Of a DNA stretch of 64,000 nt, positions 20,323 to 29,675 are shown piece after piece. The notes beneath the pieces are model-generated. The model saw nothing but the letters and a program-made list of their open reading frames with translations, ran no database searches and had not been told where the DNA came from. Each line of letters opens with the position of its first letter. The first letter of the stretch is position 1. The stretch is taken from NCBI GenBank assembly GCA_963695225.1, contig OY968762.1, positions 1,472,001 to 1,536,000 of the forward strand. The letters run 5' to 3'. The position numbers were made by a program, and so were the translations under genes. Source of the stretch: Vulcanimicrobiota bacterium (GTDB lineage Bacteria; Vulcanimicrobiota; Vulcanimicrobiia; Vulcanimicrobiales; Vulcanimicrobiaceae).

Positions 20323-20795
20323 GCGCCCGCCGCAAGCGCGGACGCTGCATTCGCGCGCGTCGCTCGCAGCAGCGGTCCGCTCCATGCGTGCGCGCGCGCA
20401 CACTTTCCGGCATCGCGTTACAACGATCTCGCACTATCGCGCAGCCTACGTTCTCGCGCAACGTCGGCGTGCGATTGCAAGTGTGATCCAAACATCGTTT
20501 TGGATTCAGTACGACAGGGCGCCTGAAACGAGCGCCGTGTAAGGCTTTGCGCCTCGCATTTGGAGTTTCTTCGCGCGCCGCTCATGCATCGCGCTACGAT
20601 GTTCGCCTGAAGCGATCAACTGTGTCGTAGCGCGCTTTTAATATGAAGATGCGCGATCTATATTGTGCGTGCATCTTCGTCCAGGATATTTGGACGCCGG
20701 TCGTTCTCGACCGCAGACGCACTTAACGGCCGGCCTGCACTCAGCGATTCACGATCGCGAGCACCGAGCCGCGGCATTCCAAGGGGGCTTTTGTC

Positions 20796-22604
20796 GTGTC
20801 TTCAACCTCGAAGGCGTTTTCCTTTACCGGGATCGTCCTCACTTCCGCGCTGCTCGCAGCCTGCGGCGGCGGCGGCCATTCTTCCATGATCCCCGCACCC
20901 GCGCAACCGGGGACGGGCGTGGCCGGTCCACCGTTGCAACTCGATACGGGTTCCGGATCTTACACGAGCTCATCCTCGACGATCACGCTCTCGGCACCGC
21001 TCACATTCGCTAGCGTGAGCGCCGGGGCGCAACAGTTCACCGTCAGCGGCGGCACGCCGCCCCGGATGGTCTCGTGGGATAGCTGCGTCTCCATCACGGT
21101 CCCGAAATCGGGAACGATCTCCGTGACGCCGCTCACGCTCACGACCTCGGGCTCTTGCAACATCACGATAGCCGGCACGGCATTCCCCGTGACGATCGGC
21201 ACGCCGGCCGCGGCTCCGACCGTCGCTCCGAGCGTTGCGCCGACGGTGCCGGCGACGACGGCAACCATCGCACTCTCCGCGCCGCTCTACTTCGCAAGCG
21301 CAAGCGTCGGCGCGCAGCAGTTCACGATCACCGGCGGCACGCCGCCGCGCGCGCTTTCATGGGACGCTTGCGTCTCGGTCAGCGTGCCGCAATCGGGAAC
21401 GATCTCGGTAACTCCGCTTTCGCTCACGACTCCGGGCTCGTGCTACGTCACGATTGCCGGTACGAAATTCCCCGTAACGATCGGGGGTGCGCCTCCGACT
21501 ACGGCGCCGAGCGCAACGCCGGCGCCGAGCGTAGCACCAAGCGTAGCACCTAGCGTAGCGCCTACTGCTCCGCCGACCGCTCCGCCGACACCCTCGCCGA
21601 CGCCGAAGCCGACCGCCACGCCGACGCCGAAACCCACCGCCACGCCGGCACCGACGGCGCCGCCGTCGGCCTCGGGCGGTATCTACGTCCAGCTGTACAG
21701 CTCGAATAGCCCGTTCCGAAAGACGGTCGCGCAAGAAATGTCCGCGGGCGCCGTCGTGCTCCCGCAATCCGCGATGAACAGTCTGTGGAATCAGGGCGGA
21801 ATCTCGTCGCAAGACTTGAGCCCGAACAGCTACATGTTCCCGCTTTACGTCTCCTCCGGCAGCGATTCTCTCAAGACGATCTCCTGCACCGGTTACGGAC
21901 AATGCAATGCGAACGGAATGCAAATCCACGTCCCGAACGGAGCGAGACCGGAACCGCAGGGCGACGGACACATCGCGATCATCGACACCACGCAGAATCT
22001 GGAGTTCGACGGGTACCAGTGCTCGGTCGGTTCCAGTACGCTCTCCTGCACGTGGGGCGGTAAGTATGCGCTCGGCGGCAACGGCATCACGAACTCCGGT
22101 TCGGACGCCGTGCACGGCGGGTACGCCGCGGGCGTGATGAACATCACCGCCGCGGAGCTCGCGCAGGGCCACATCGACCACGCGCTCGCGATGAACACGC
22201 ACTGCCTGAACAACCCGACCGTCTATCCGGCCGATCCGAACAACGCCGGCACGGATCAGAGCTGCGGCGGGACCGGGGCCCCGGCGTACGGGCACATGCT
22301 CCACCTCTTGCTGACGCCGAGCCAAATCGCAGCGACGAGCCACTCCGCCGAATGCAAGACGATTCTGACCGCGCTCGCGACCTACGGCGCCTTCACGTAC
22401 GATACCGGAAATCCGGGGCTCTCGCTCGTCACCGAAAACGCGCTCTCGCAAACCGCGCTCGGCAAGTCGAGCCCCTGGACGACGACGATCCTCCCCGACA
22501 TGGACGCCGCGGGCGACGCTTCGGGAACGTATTGGAACTCGTGCCTGAACGGCCTCGGCGCCTCCAGCTTCGAGCTGATCCAAATCGCCGCGGGAAGCTA
22601 CTGA
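20796..22604 (+). CDS. Secreted lipoprotein, paralog 1: two 74-aa repeats, Pro/Thr linker and conserved ~310-aa domain
   Basis: Lipobox LAAC; DGHIAIID, GHIDHAL, ALATYGA motifs shared with neighbours. Confidence 0.85.
   Translation: MSSTSKAFSFTGIVLTSALLAACGGGGHSSMIPAPAQPGTGVAGPPLQLDTGSGSYTSSSSTITLSAPLTFASVSAGAQQFTVSGGTPPRMVSWDSCVSITVPKSGTISVTPLTLTTSGSCNITIAGTAFPVTIGTPAAAPTVAPSVAPTVPATTATIALSAPLYFASASVGAQQFTITGGTPPRALSWDACVSVSVPQSGTISVTPLSLTTPGSCYVTIAGTKFPVTIGGAPPTTAPSATPAPSVAPSVAPSVAPTAPPTAPPTPSPTPKPTATPTPKPTATPAPTAPPSASGGIYVQLYSSNSPFRKTVAQEMSAGAVVLPQSAMNSLWNQGGISSQDLSPNSYMFPLYVSSGSDSLKTISCTGYGQCNANGMQIHVPNGARPEPQGDGHIAIIDTTQNLEFDGYQCSVGSSTLSCTWGGKYALGGNGITNSGSDAVHGGYAAGVMNITAAELAQGHIDHALAMNTHCLNNPTVYPADPNNAGTDQSCGGTGAPAYGHMLHLLLTPSQIAATSHSAECKTILTALATYGAFTYDTGNPGLSLVTENALSQTALGKSSPWTTTILPDMDAAGDASGTYWNSCLNGLGASSFELIQIAAGSY
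20979..21485 (+). repeat. Intragenic duplication of a 222-bp beta-rich module
   Basis: 20979-21200 and 21264-21485: TI(T/A)LSAPL.FAS...GGTPPR..SWD.CVS...GSC..TIAGT.FPVTIG. Confidence 0.9.
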
Positions 22605-22753
22605 CCTCGAGCCAGCGCTCCAAACCCGTCGATCGCACCACGTCGCGATCGCCCCGGCCCCGCCCACGATTACCTGCAGTCGTGGGCGGGGCTGCGTCGT
22701 CGCCGTGCACTTCAACCCCAGGGTATCTCAGCCGGGCACGCCAAGAAGAATCG

Positions 22754-23797
22754 ATGCTCTCCATAGGCGCGGCGGCGCTCGCTGTCGTGATGTTCGCGCA
22801 GGCCTCGCCGGCGTACACCGGCGAGATCGACCATTTCGCTCCGAGCAATCTCTATCCGCACTCGGTCTTCAAGCGCCGGATCCCCGCGAACCCGCGGCTC
22901 CATCCGCGCAGCAAAGAGATCGTCGCACGCTTTCTGGCCGGCGGAGCGGGTTACACCGATCTTCGCAACGATGCGGCCGGCGGCGATTGGAACTATCCGA
23001 TCTACGTCGGGCGGGCGAGCGACCCCGCGTACCTCGTGAAATGCACGAAACCCTGGGGGACGTGCAACGTGCAGAACGCGTTCGTCCACATCCCGTCCTA
23101 TGCCCGGACGGAGCGCGGCGACGACGGCCACCTCGACGTCGTCGATCTCGCGACCGGTTACGAATACAATTTCTGGCAAGCCGGCAACGCCGACGGGACG
23201 CCGCGCATCAACGGCAAAACGCTCTCGATCAGTTGGGGCGGGCGCACGCGCCTCGGCGGGTCGGGGCTCGAGGCCGAAGGAAACCACGCCGGCTACGCGG
23301 CGTCGGCAATGACGCTGTATCCCGCGGAGATCCTCGCGGGCCGCATCGACCATGCGCTCGGCGTCGACGTGCGCTGCGCGGACGAACCGACCGTCTTCCC
23401 GGCGATCCTCCACGCAACGGACGGGGCGTGCAATGCGCCGGATTCACCGTATTACGGGATGCTGATTCAACTCGACATGAGCGACGCCGAAATCGACGCG
23501 CTCAACACATCGCCCTACGACAAAGTCATCAAGAAAGCGCTCGCGCATTACGGCGCGTACGTGTACGACGTCGGCGCCGAGAACTCGTTTTCGATCCTCT
23601 CGTATCTGACGTACGCGACGCGTGGCAGGCCGGATCCCTGGTTGAACGTCATCCTCCCGGACATGCGCAAGTACGGCGTCGCGCAAGGCGGCGGCGATCG
23701 CTGGCAACTCGGCCCGATGTTCGGTGGTCTCGGCATCGATTGGGCGAACCGGCTCCGCATCATCGCTCCGTGTGAAGTCGCGCAGAACTGCTCGTAA
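22754..23797 (+). CDS. Secreted protein, divergent paralog 2 of the same domain
   Basis: Sec-type signal ending AQA; YPIYV, DGHLDVVD, SWGG, GRIDHAL, VFPA, ALAHYGAYVYD. Confidence 0.8.
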   Translation: MLSIGAAALAVVMFAQASPAYTGEIDHFAPSNLYPHSVFKRRIPANPRLHPRSKEIVARFLAGGAGYTDLRNDAAGGDWNYPIYVGRASDPAYLVKCTKPWGTCNVQNAFVHIPSYARTERGDDGHLDVVDLATGYEYNFWQAGNADGTPRINGKTLSISWGGRTRLGGSGLEAEGNHAGYAASAMTLYPAEILAGRIDHALGVDVRCADEPTVFPAILHATDGACNAPDSPYYGMLIQLDMSDAEIDALNTSPYDKVIKKALAHYGAYVYDVGAENSFSILSYLTYATRGRPDPWLNVILPDMRKYGVAQGGGDRWQLGPMFGGLGIDWANRLRIIAPCEVAQNCS

Positions 23798-23883
23798 ACG
23801 CGGCTGAGCGCTGTTAGCCGCCGCGCAAACTCTCGATTAAGCGGCGCAGCATTGCGCGTTAGCCGCTACGAAGTCCTTTCGCG

Positions 23884-23925
23884 GCGAGCACGCGCACCGG
23901 AGCGCGTGCTCGCGCGCGTTTTTCT
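23884..23925 (+). terminator. Putative intrinsic terminator
   Basis: GCGAGCACGCGC/GCGCGTGCTCGC 12-bp stem, T-run 5 nt downstream. Confidence 0.45.
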
Positions 23926-23950
23926 CGCATCGACAATAGTGATGCAGCTA

Positions 23951-24248
23951 ACGTTTCATCCCCAAGTTGAGTGGGCACATCGCCAAACGTCGGTCTGAAC
24001 CACGCGATTCGAGCGAGATTCACAACGGCGGTTTTATCGCGGAACGCGGTTTCGCGGCACGCTAGCGCGTCGCAATTCGCCTTCGATCTTTCGATGCGGG
24101 CCTTATTTCTCTACCCGCATTTCCGTTCGGCGCGTCTCACGCGCCCGATCTTCCGCGTTCGGAAGCGCAACTTTCGCATGCTCGCGCGCGCTCCGCGATC
24201 CGACGATCGCGAGTCGCCGCGCGCGGCATGCCGGGGAGACTCTTTGTC
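23951..24248 (+). promoter_or_regulatory. Conserved leader of paralog 3
   Basis: Blockwise similarity to 25996-26313 and about 20486-20795. Confidence 0.7.
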
Positions 24249-25781
24249 GTGTCCGTCAGAAACTCGAGAATCATCGCCGCTCTCGCGGCCGTCCTCGCTT
24301 CGGGGACGCTCTCCGCCTGCGGCGGCGGGGGTTCGCAACCGCTGCCCTCGGCGCCGCTCGCAGCGGCTTCGCCCGGCCAGTCAACGCCGTCGACGGCGAA
24401 TGCCGCGTCGCGCTCCGCATCGACGTCCACGGTGACCCCTAACTACTTGGGCTACGTCAGCTACTTTTGGGGCGACCAGAATCAGTGGACGATCAACTGC
24501 GACGCGCCGACCTACTTCGCGCCGAACACGTGTTTGGTCGTCAACGTGCAGGCCGGCGTAAAGCAGTACGACGGCCCTCCGCTCGCCGTCGGCGAGTTCG
24601 TCGCGATCTACGCGGATCCCAAGACGGCGAGCGCGGGCGGCCTATCCGCCTCGTGGTTCCGCACGTCGCTGACGCCGTTCGCGGGCTCGCCGCTGCCCAA
24701 AGGGTATAGCGCGGCGACGCCGGCCCCCTCGGCCACCGGGACGCCGGCTCCGACCAAGACTGCGGCTCCGACCGCGGCGCCGACGGTCGCGGCGACTGCG
24801 GCTCCCACTCTCGCGCCGACGCCCGCCCCCACGCCTTCCGTCTCGAATGCGCTCGGAGGAGTCTACGCGCAACTCTTCAGCGCCTCGAGCCCCTTCCGAA
24901 CGACGGCAGCGCAACTGAAAGCGGCGGGTGCCTCCGTCCTCGCGCAATCCGCAATGAACAGCCTGTGGAATCAAGGCATCGGGTCGCAAGATCTCGGCCC
25001 GTCGACTTACATGTTTCCGCTCTACGTCTCGTCCGCCGGCGACCCGCTCGCGACGATCGCGTGCACCGGTTACGGCCGCTGTAACGCGAACGGAATGCAG
25101 ATCCACGTCCCGAGCGGCGCACAACCGGAGGGCCACGCGGACGGCCACATCGCCGTGATCGATACGGTCCAGAACGTCGAGTTCGACGGATACCAATGCT
25201 CGCGCGGATCCGGCACGCTCTCGTGCACGTGGGGCGGGAAGTACGCACTCGGCGGCAGCGGGATCACGAACTCGGGTTCCGATGCAGTGCACGGCGGGTA
25301 CGCCGCAGGCGTCATGAACATCACCGCGCAGGAATTGCTCAACGGGCACATCGACCACGCGCTCGCGGTAGCCACGAAGTGTCTGAACAACCCGACGGTC
25401 TATCCCGCAGACCCCAACAACGGCGGCTCGGACGCCGGTTGCGGCGGTTCCGGCGCGCCCTCGTACGGGCACATGATGCACCTCTTACTGAGCCCGAGCC
25501 AGATCGCCGCGACGCAGCATTCTGCCGAATGCAAGACGATCCTAACGGCGCTCGCGACGTACGGCGCTTATACCTACGACACCGGCAGCACCGGGCTCTC
25601 GCTCATCACGCAGAGCACGCTCTCGTACAGCGCCCTCGGAGCATCCAGTCCGTGGATGACGACGATCCTGCCGCACATGGCGGCCGCAGGCGAAGCATCC
25701 GGCACGTACTGGTATTCGTGCTTGAACGGCCTGAGTGCTTCGAACTTCGAGCTGGTGCAGATCCCCGCCGGGAGCTACTGA
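24249..25781 (+). CDS. Secreted lipoprotein, paralog 3: distinct beta-rich N-domain, linker and conserved domain
   Basis: Lipobox LSAC; GTG in shared TTTGTCGTGTC context; ends GSY like paralogs 1 and 4. Confidence 0.85.
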   Translation: MSVRNSRIIAALAAVLASGTLSACGGGGSQPLPSAPLAAASPGQSTPSTANAASRSASTSTVTPNYLGYVSYFWGDQNQWTINCDAPTYFAPNTCLVVNVQAGVKQYDGPPLAVGEFVAIYADPKTASAGGLSASWFRTSLTPFAGSPLPKGYSAATPAPSATGTPAPTKTAAPTAAPTVAATAAPTLAPTPAPTPSVSNALGGVYAQLFSASSPFRTTAAQLKAAGASVLAQSAMNSLWNQGIGSQDLGPSTYMFPLYVSSAGDPLATIACTGYGRCNANGMQIHVPSGAQPEGHADGHIAVIDTVQNVEFDGYQCSRGSGTLSCTWGGKYALGGSGITNSGSDAVHGGYAAGVMNITAQELLNGHIDHALAVATKCLNNPTVYPADPNNGGSDAGCGGSGAPSYGHMMHLLLSPSQIAATQHSAECKTILTALATYGAYTYDTGSTGLSLITQSTLSYSALGASSPWMTTILPHMAAAGEASGTYWYSCLNGLSASNFELVQIPAGSY

Positions 25782-25995
25782 CCGCAAAGCCTGGGTGCGC
25801 CTAGGAAAGCCGCGACGCAGATGAATCCGTGCGTCGCGGAACTAATTTGCAGCAATTTAGTCGCAACGAAATCATGCGACAAATGTCGAAGACTCATTGG
25901 ATTCTTCGATGCGAGATCGTCGATCCGCCGATGTTTTCGGCGTGCTCAACCTCCAAACACGCCGCGCCCGCGTATCGGGATTAGTGATTTAGTTC

Positions 25996-26313
25996 ACGTT
26001 TTATCCTCAGGCTGAGTGGGCAAATCGCCAAACGTCAGCATCGTATCTCGCTACATCGAGCGTGATACGTCGCGGTCAACGATCGTCGCTGACGGTCCGT
26101 TCATCGAGCGCGAAGCGCGAATGCGCCACACGCACGCAAGGTGTGGCCTGCCGTCGATCTTCAGTGCGGGCGCTATGCCTCGGCCCGCATCTTCGTTCGC
26201 ATTACCCGTAGCGCTTAGACCGCGTCCGGGTGCGCAGCTGCATGTTCGAGCCGGCGCCTCGCGATCCAACGATCGCGAACGCCGAGCCGCTGCATGCCGG
26301 GAGATACTTTGTC
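25996..26313 (+). promoter_or_regulatory. Conserved leader of paralog 4
   Basis: 41-nt box 36/41 identical to 23951-23991; shared hairpins. Confidence 0.7.
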
Positions 26314-27417
26314 GTGTCCGTCAGGTTCTTGAAATCGTTGGCCGCAGGTGCGGTGATCCTCGCTTCGGCGGCGCTCTCCGCCTGCGGCGGGGGAGGTGGT
26401 TCCTCGGCCCTTCCCTCGCTCGTCCCTTCCGGAACTCCGTCGTCGACGCCCCCTCAAACGCTGACCGCTCCCGCTTCGAGTGCCGGTTCCGGCGTCTACG
26501 CGCAGTTGTACAGCTCGAGCAGCCCCTTCCGCACGACCGTCGCGCAGCTCAAAGCGGCAGGTGCGACCGTCCTCTCGCAGTCCGCGATGAGCAGCCTCTG
26601 GAACCAGGGCGGCGTATCTTCCCAGGATCTCGGCCCTTCCAGTTACATGTTCCCGGTCTACGTCGCATCGTCGAGCGACCCGGTCAAGACGATCTCCTGC
26701 ACGGGCTACGGACAGTGCAATGCGAACGGCCTGCAGATCCACGTCCCCGGCGGGGCACAGCCGGAGCCGCACGCCGACGGGCACATCGCGATCATCGACA
26801 CGGCGCAGAACTTCGAGTTCGACGGATATCAATGCTCCGTCGGCTCCAGCACGGTTTCGTGCACGTGGGGCGGGAAGTACCCGCTCGGAGGCTCCGGGAT
26901 CACGAACTCCGGCTCCGACGCGGTCCACGCCGGCTACGCGGCGGGTGTCATGGACATCACGGCCCAGGAGCTCGTCAACGGGCAGATCAATCACGCGCTC
27001 GCGGTCAACACGAGTTGCCTGAACAATCCGACCGTCTATCCGGCCGATCCCAATAACGGCGGGTCGGATGCCGGTTGCGGCGGGTCGGGGGCGCCGGCGT
27101 ACGGGCACATGATGCACCTCTTGATGAGCCCGAGCCAAATCGCCGCAACGAACCATTCGGCCGAATGCAAGACGATCCTGACGGCGCTCGCGACGTACGG
27201 GGCCTACACCTACGACACCGGCAACCCGGGCCTCTCGCTCGTCACGGAAAACGCGCTCTCGCAGAGCGCGGTCGGAAAGTCGAGCCCTTGGGTCACGAAG
27301 ATCCTGCCGGATATGGATGCCGCGGGCGAGGCTTCAGGCACGTATTGGAATTCATGCCTGAACGGACTCGGCGCCTCGAACTTCGAGCTGGTCCAGATCC
27401 CTTCGGGGAGCTACTAG
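26314..27417 (+). CDS. Secreted lipoprotein, paralog 4: conserved domain only
   Basis: Lipobox LSAC; short linker then shared domain. Confidence 0.85.
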   Translation: MSVRFLKSLAAGAVILASAALSACGGGGGSSALPSLVPSGTPSSTPPQTLTAPASSAGSGVYAQLYSSSSPFRTTVAQLKAAGATVLSQSAMSSLWNQGGVSSQDLGPSSYMFPVYVASSSDPVKTISCTGYGQCNANGLQIHVPGGAQPEPHADGHIAIIDTAQNFEFDGYQCSVGSSTVSCTWGGKYPLGGSGITNSGSDAVHAGYAAGVMDITAQELVNGQINHALAVNTSCLNNPTVYPADPNNGGSDAGCGGSGAPAYGHMMHLLMSPSQIAATNHSAECKTILTALATYGAYTYDTGNPGLSLVTENALSQSAVGKSSPWVTKILPDMDAAGEASGTYWNSCLNGLGASNFELVQIPSGSY

Positions 27418-27463
27418 CCCGCGGGCGCAGCGAAGCGCCCCGAGCGCGCCGAACCTACGGCTC

Positions 27464-27925
27464 GTGAAGCTTCGCTTGATCGCGGTCGGCGGCGTCCGCG
27501 AGCCGTACGTCGCAGCCGCCGTGGCCGACTTTCGCGGGCGCTTGCAGCGCCTGACGGCCTACGAGGAACGCGAAATCCCCGCATCGCACGGCCGGGACCC
27601 CGCCCGGGCGATGCGGGAGGAGGCCGAGCGCATCGAGCGGGCCCTCGCGCCCGATGACGCCGTCTGGCTCTTGGAGCGCACCGGCCGCTCGTTCTCGAGC
27701 GTCGAGCTTGCGGAGAAACTCGCCTCGCTCGAACTCGCCGGCGTCCGAAGGCTGGCCCTGATCGTCGCAGGGACGTTCGGGGCCGATCCCTCCTTGATCG
27801 AGCGGGCGGATCTGTGCTGGTCCCTTTCCACGCTCACGTTTCTTCACGAATGGGCCAGGGCGATCGCGCTCGAGCAGCTCTACCGCGCGACGAAGATTCG
27901 CCGTAACGAGCCGTATCACTACTAG
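27464..27925 (+). CDS. rlmH: 23S rRNA (pseudouridine1915-N3)-methyltransferase
   Basis: MKLRLIAVG, SSVELA, SLSTLTFLHE, EQLYRA, EPYH. Confidence 0.92.
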   Translation: MKLRLIAVGGVREPYVAAAVADFRGRLQRLTAYEEREIPASHGRDPARAMREEAERIERALAPDDAVWLLERTGRSFSSVELAEKLASLELAGVRRLALIVAGTFGADPSLIERADLCWSLSTLTFLHEWARAIALEQLYRATKIRRNEPYHY

Positions 27926-27983
27926 GCCGCGGGCGGCCCGGCGGCGCGCGGAGGGTTGGGCTCCCTCGACGAAGCTCCGCGTA

Positions 27984-29675
27984 ATGATCTCGGAGAGTTC
28001 GGAATTGGATTCGCTCGCGCGTTTTGGGGAGGCGCTGCGGGCGACGGCCCGCGGCATCCTCGGCACGGACCCGCCTGCGGTCGCCTTTGAAAGCCCGCGC
28101 AACCCCGCGTTCGGCGATTTCTCGACGAATCTCGCGCTGCAGCTCGCGAAGACCGCGCGTCGGCCTCCGCAACAGCTCGCGCAGGCGCTTATCGGCGAAA
28201 CGTTCGCCCGCGAGCCGGCCCTCGCGGAAATCGCCGAGGCGAGCGCGGTCGGCGGGTTCATCAACCTGCGCCTCGCGCCGGCGCATTGGCAGCGCGCGGT
28301 CGCGCGGATCCTCCGCGAAGGAGACCGCTACGGCCGCGGGCTGCCGACCGGCATGCACGTCTCGCTCGAATACGGCAGCGCCAATCCGACCGGCCCGCTC
28401 GTCGTCGTCCAAGGGCGCACGCTCTCGCTCGGGGCGGCGCTCGCCGCGGCGATGCGTTTCGTCGGGCACGAGGTCACGACGGAATGGATCATCAACGACG
28501 CCGGTTCGCAGCTCGAGCAACTCGGGCGCTCCCTCCACGCCCGCTACCGCCAGCTCTGGGAGCCCGACTACCCGTTCCCCGAGGACGGCTATCCGGGCGA
28601 CTACCTGATCCCGCTCGCCGAGGCGGTGCGCGCACGGGACGGCGAGCGCTGGCGCCAAGCCGAGGACAGCTCGTGGCTGCCGTACTTCAGCGCGTTTGCG
28701 CGGGACGCCATCGTCGCCGGGCAACAGCGGGTTGCCGAGCGCTTCCGAGCGCTCAACGATCTCTGGCAGAGCGAGCGCGAACTCCACGCCGACGGGAAGG
28801 TCGCCGCGGGGCTCCGCCGTTTGGGCGAGCTCGGACTCACGTACGAGAAGGGCGGCGCGCTCTGGGTCCGCACGACGGAGCACGGCGACGACGAGGATCG
28901 CGTCGTCGTGCGCGCCGACGGGCGCCCGACGTACTATGCCTGCGACGTGGCCTATCACTACGAGAAGTTCCAGCGCGGCGCCGACGTCGTGATCGATATT
29001 CTCGGTCCCGATCACCACGGCTACATCGGCCGCCTCAACACGCTCGCGAGCGCGTACGGTCATCCCGGAAAGATCGAGGTCCAAACGACCGGACAGATGA
29101 CGCTCAAGCGCGGCGCCGAGATCGTTTCGATGTCCAAACGCGCCGGGCACATCGTCACGCTCGAGGAGATCGTCGATGAAGTCGGCGTCGACGCCGCGCG
29201 CTTCTTCTTCGCGATCCCGAGCGCCGAATCGCCGATGACGTTCGATCTCGAGCTTGCGAAGGAACAGTCGAGCGAGAACCCCGTTTACTACGTGCAATAC
29301 GGACACGCGCGCATCGCTTCGATCGAGCGCAAAGCGGCGCCGGCGCTGCTGGAGCGCGCGCTGGCCGGGGAAGGGCTCGAGCGGCTCTCCGAACCCGCGG
29401 AGCTCGCGCTCGCGCGGCGGCTCGCGGAGTTCCCCGCGAAAGTTCGCTCGGTCGCCGAGAGCCGCGCGCCGCACCGGCTCGCGCGCTACGCGCAAGACAT
29501 CGCCGCCGATTTTCACCAATTCTACATGGCCTGCACGGTGCTCGGCGACGACGACGAACTCTCGGCGGGGCGCCTCGGCCTGGCCCACGCGGCGAAACTG
29601 ATCTTGGCGCAAACGCTCGCCATCCTCGGCGTCGCTGCGCCCGAGCAGATGGAGCGGAGCGAACGAGAAGGATGA
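27984..29675 (+). CDS. argS: Arginine--tRNA ligase
   Basis: FGDFSTN, GFINL, SANPTGPL, INDAGSQ, GPDHHGY, MSKRAG, NPVYYVQYGHAR. Confidence 0.95.
   Translation: MISESSELDSLARFGEALRATARGILGTDPPAVAFESPRNPAFGDFSTNLALQLAKTARRPPQQLAQALIGETFAREPALAEIAEASAVGGFINLRLAPAHWQRAVARILREGDRYGRGLPTGMHVSLEYGSANPTGPLVVVQGRTLSLGAALAAAMRFVGHEVTTEWIINDAGSQLEQLGRSLHARYRQLWEPDYPFPEDGYPGDYLIPLAEAVRARDGERWRQAEDSSWLPYFSAFARDAIVAGQQRVAERFRALNDLWQSERELHADGKVAAGLRRLGELGLTYEKGGALWVRTTEHGDDEDRVVVRADGRPTYYACDVAYHYEKFQRGADVVIDILGPDHHGYIGRLNTLASAYGHPGKIEVQTTGQMTLKRGAEIVSMSKRAGHIVTLEEIVDEVGVDAARFFFAIPSAESPMTFDLELAKEQSSENPVYYVQYGHARIASIERKAAPALLERALAGEGLERLSEPAELALARRLAEFPAKVRSVAESRAPHRLARYAQDIAADFHQFYMACTVLGDDDELSAGRLGLAHAAKLILAQTLAILGVAAPEQMERSEREG

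Noticed and set aside
26018..26060. GGGCAAA resembling the start of a c-di-GMP-I riboswitch
   Set aside because: No GAAA-capped P2 or GCAAAG/CTAA receptor elements; the paralogous leader has GGGCACA
20796..27417. Paralog array as a diversity-generating retroelement or CRISPR-like locus
   Set aside because: No reverse transcriptase or cas genes; differences are not adenine-specific; no repeat-spacer periodicity
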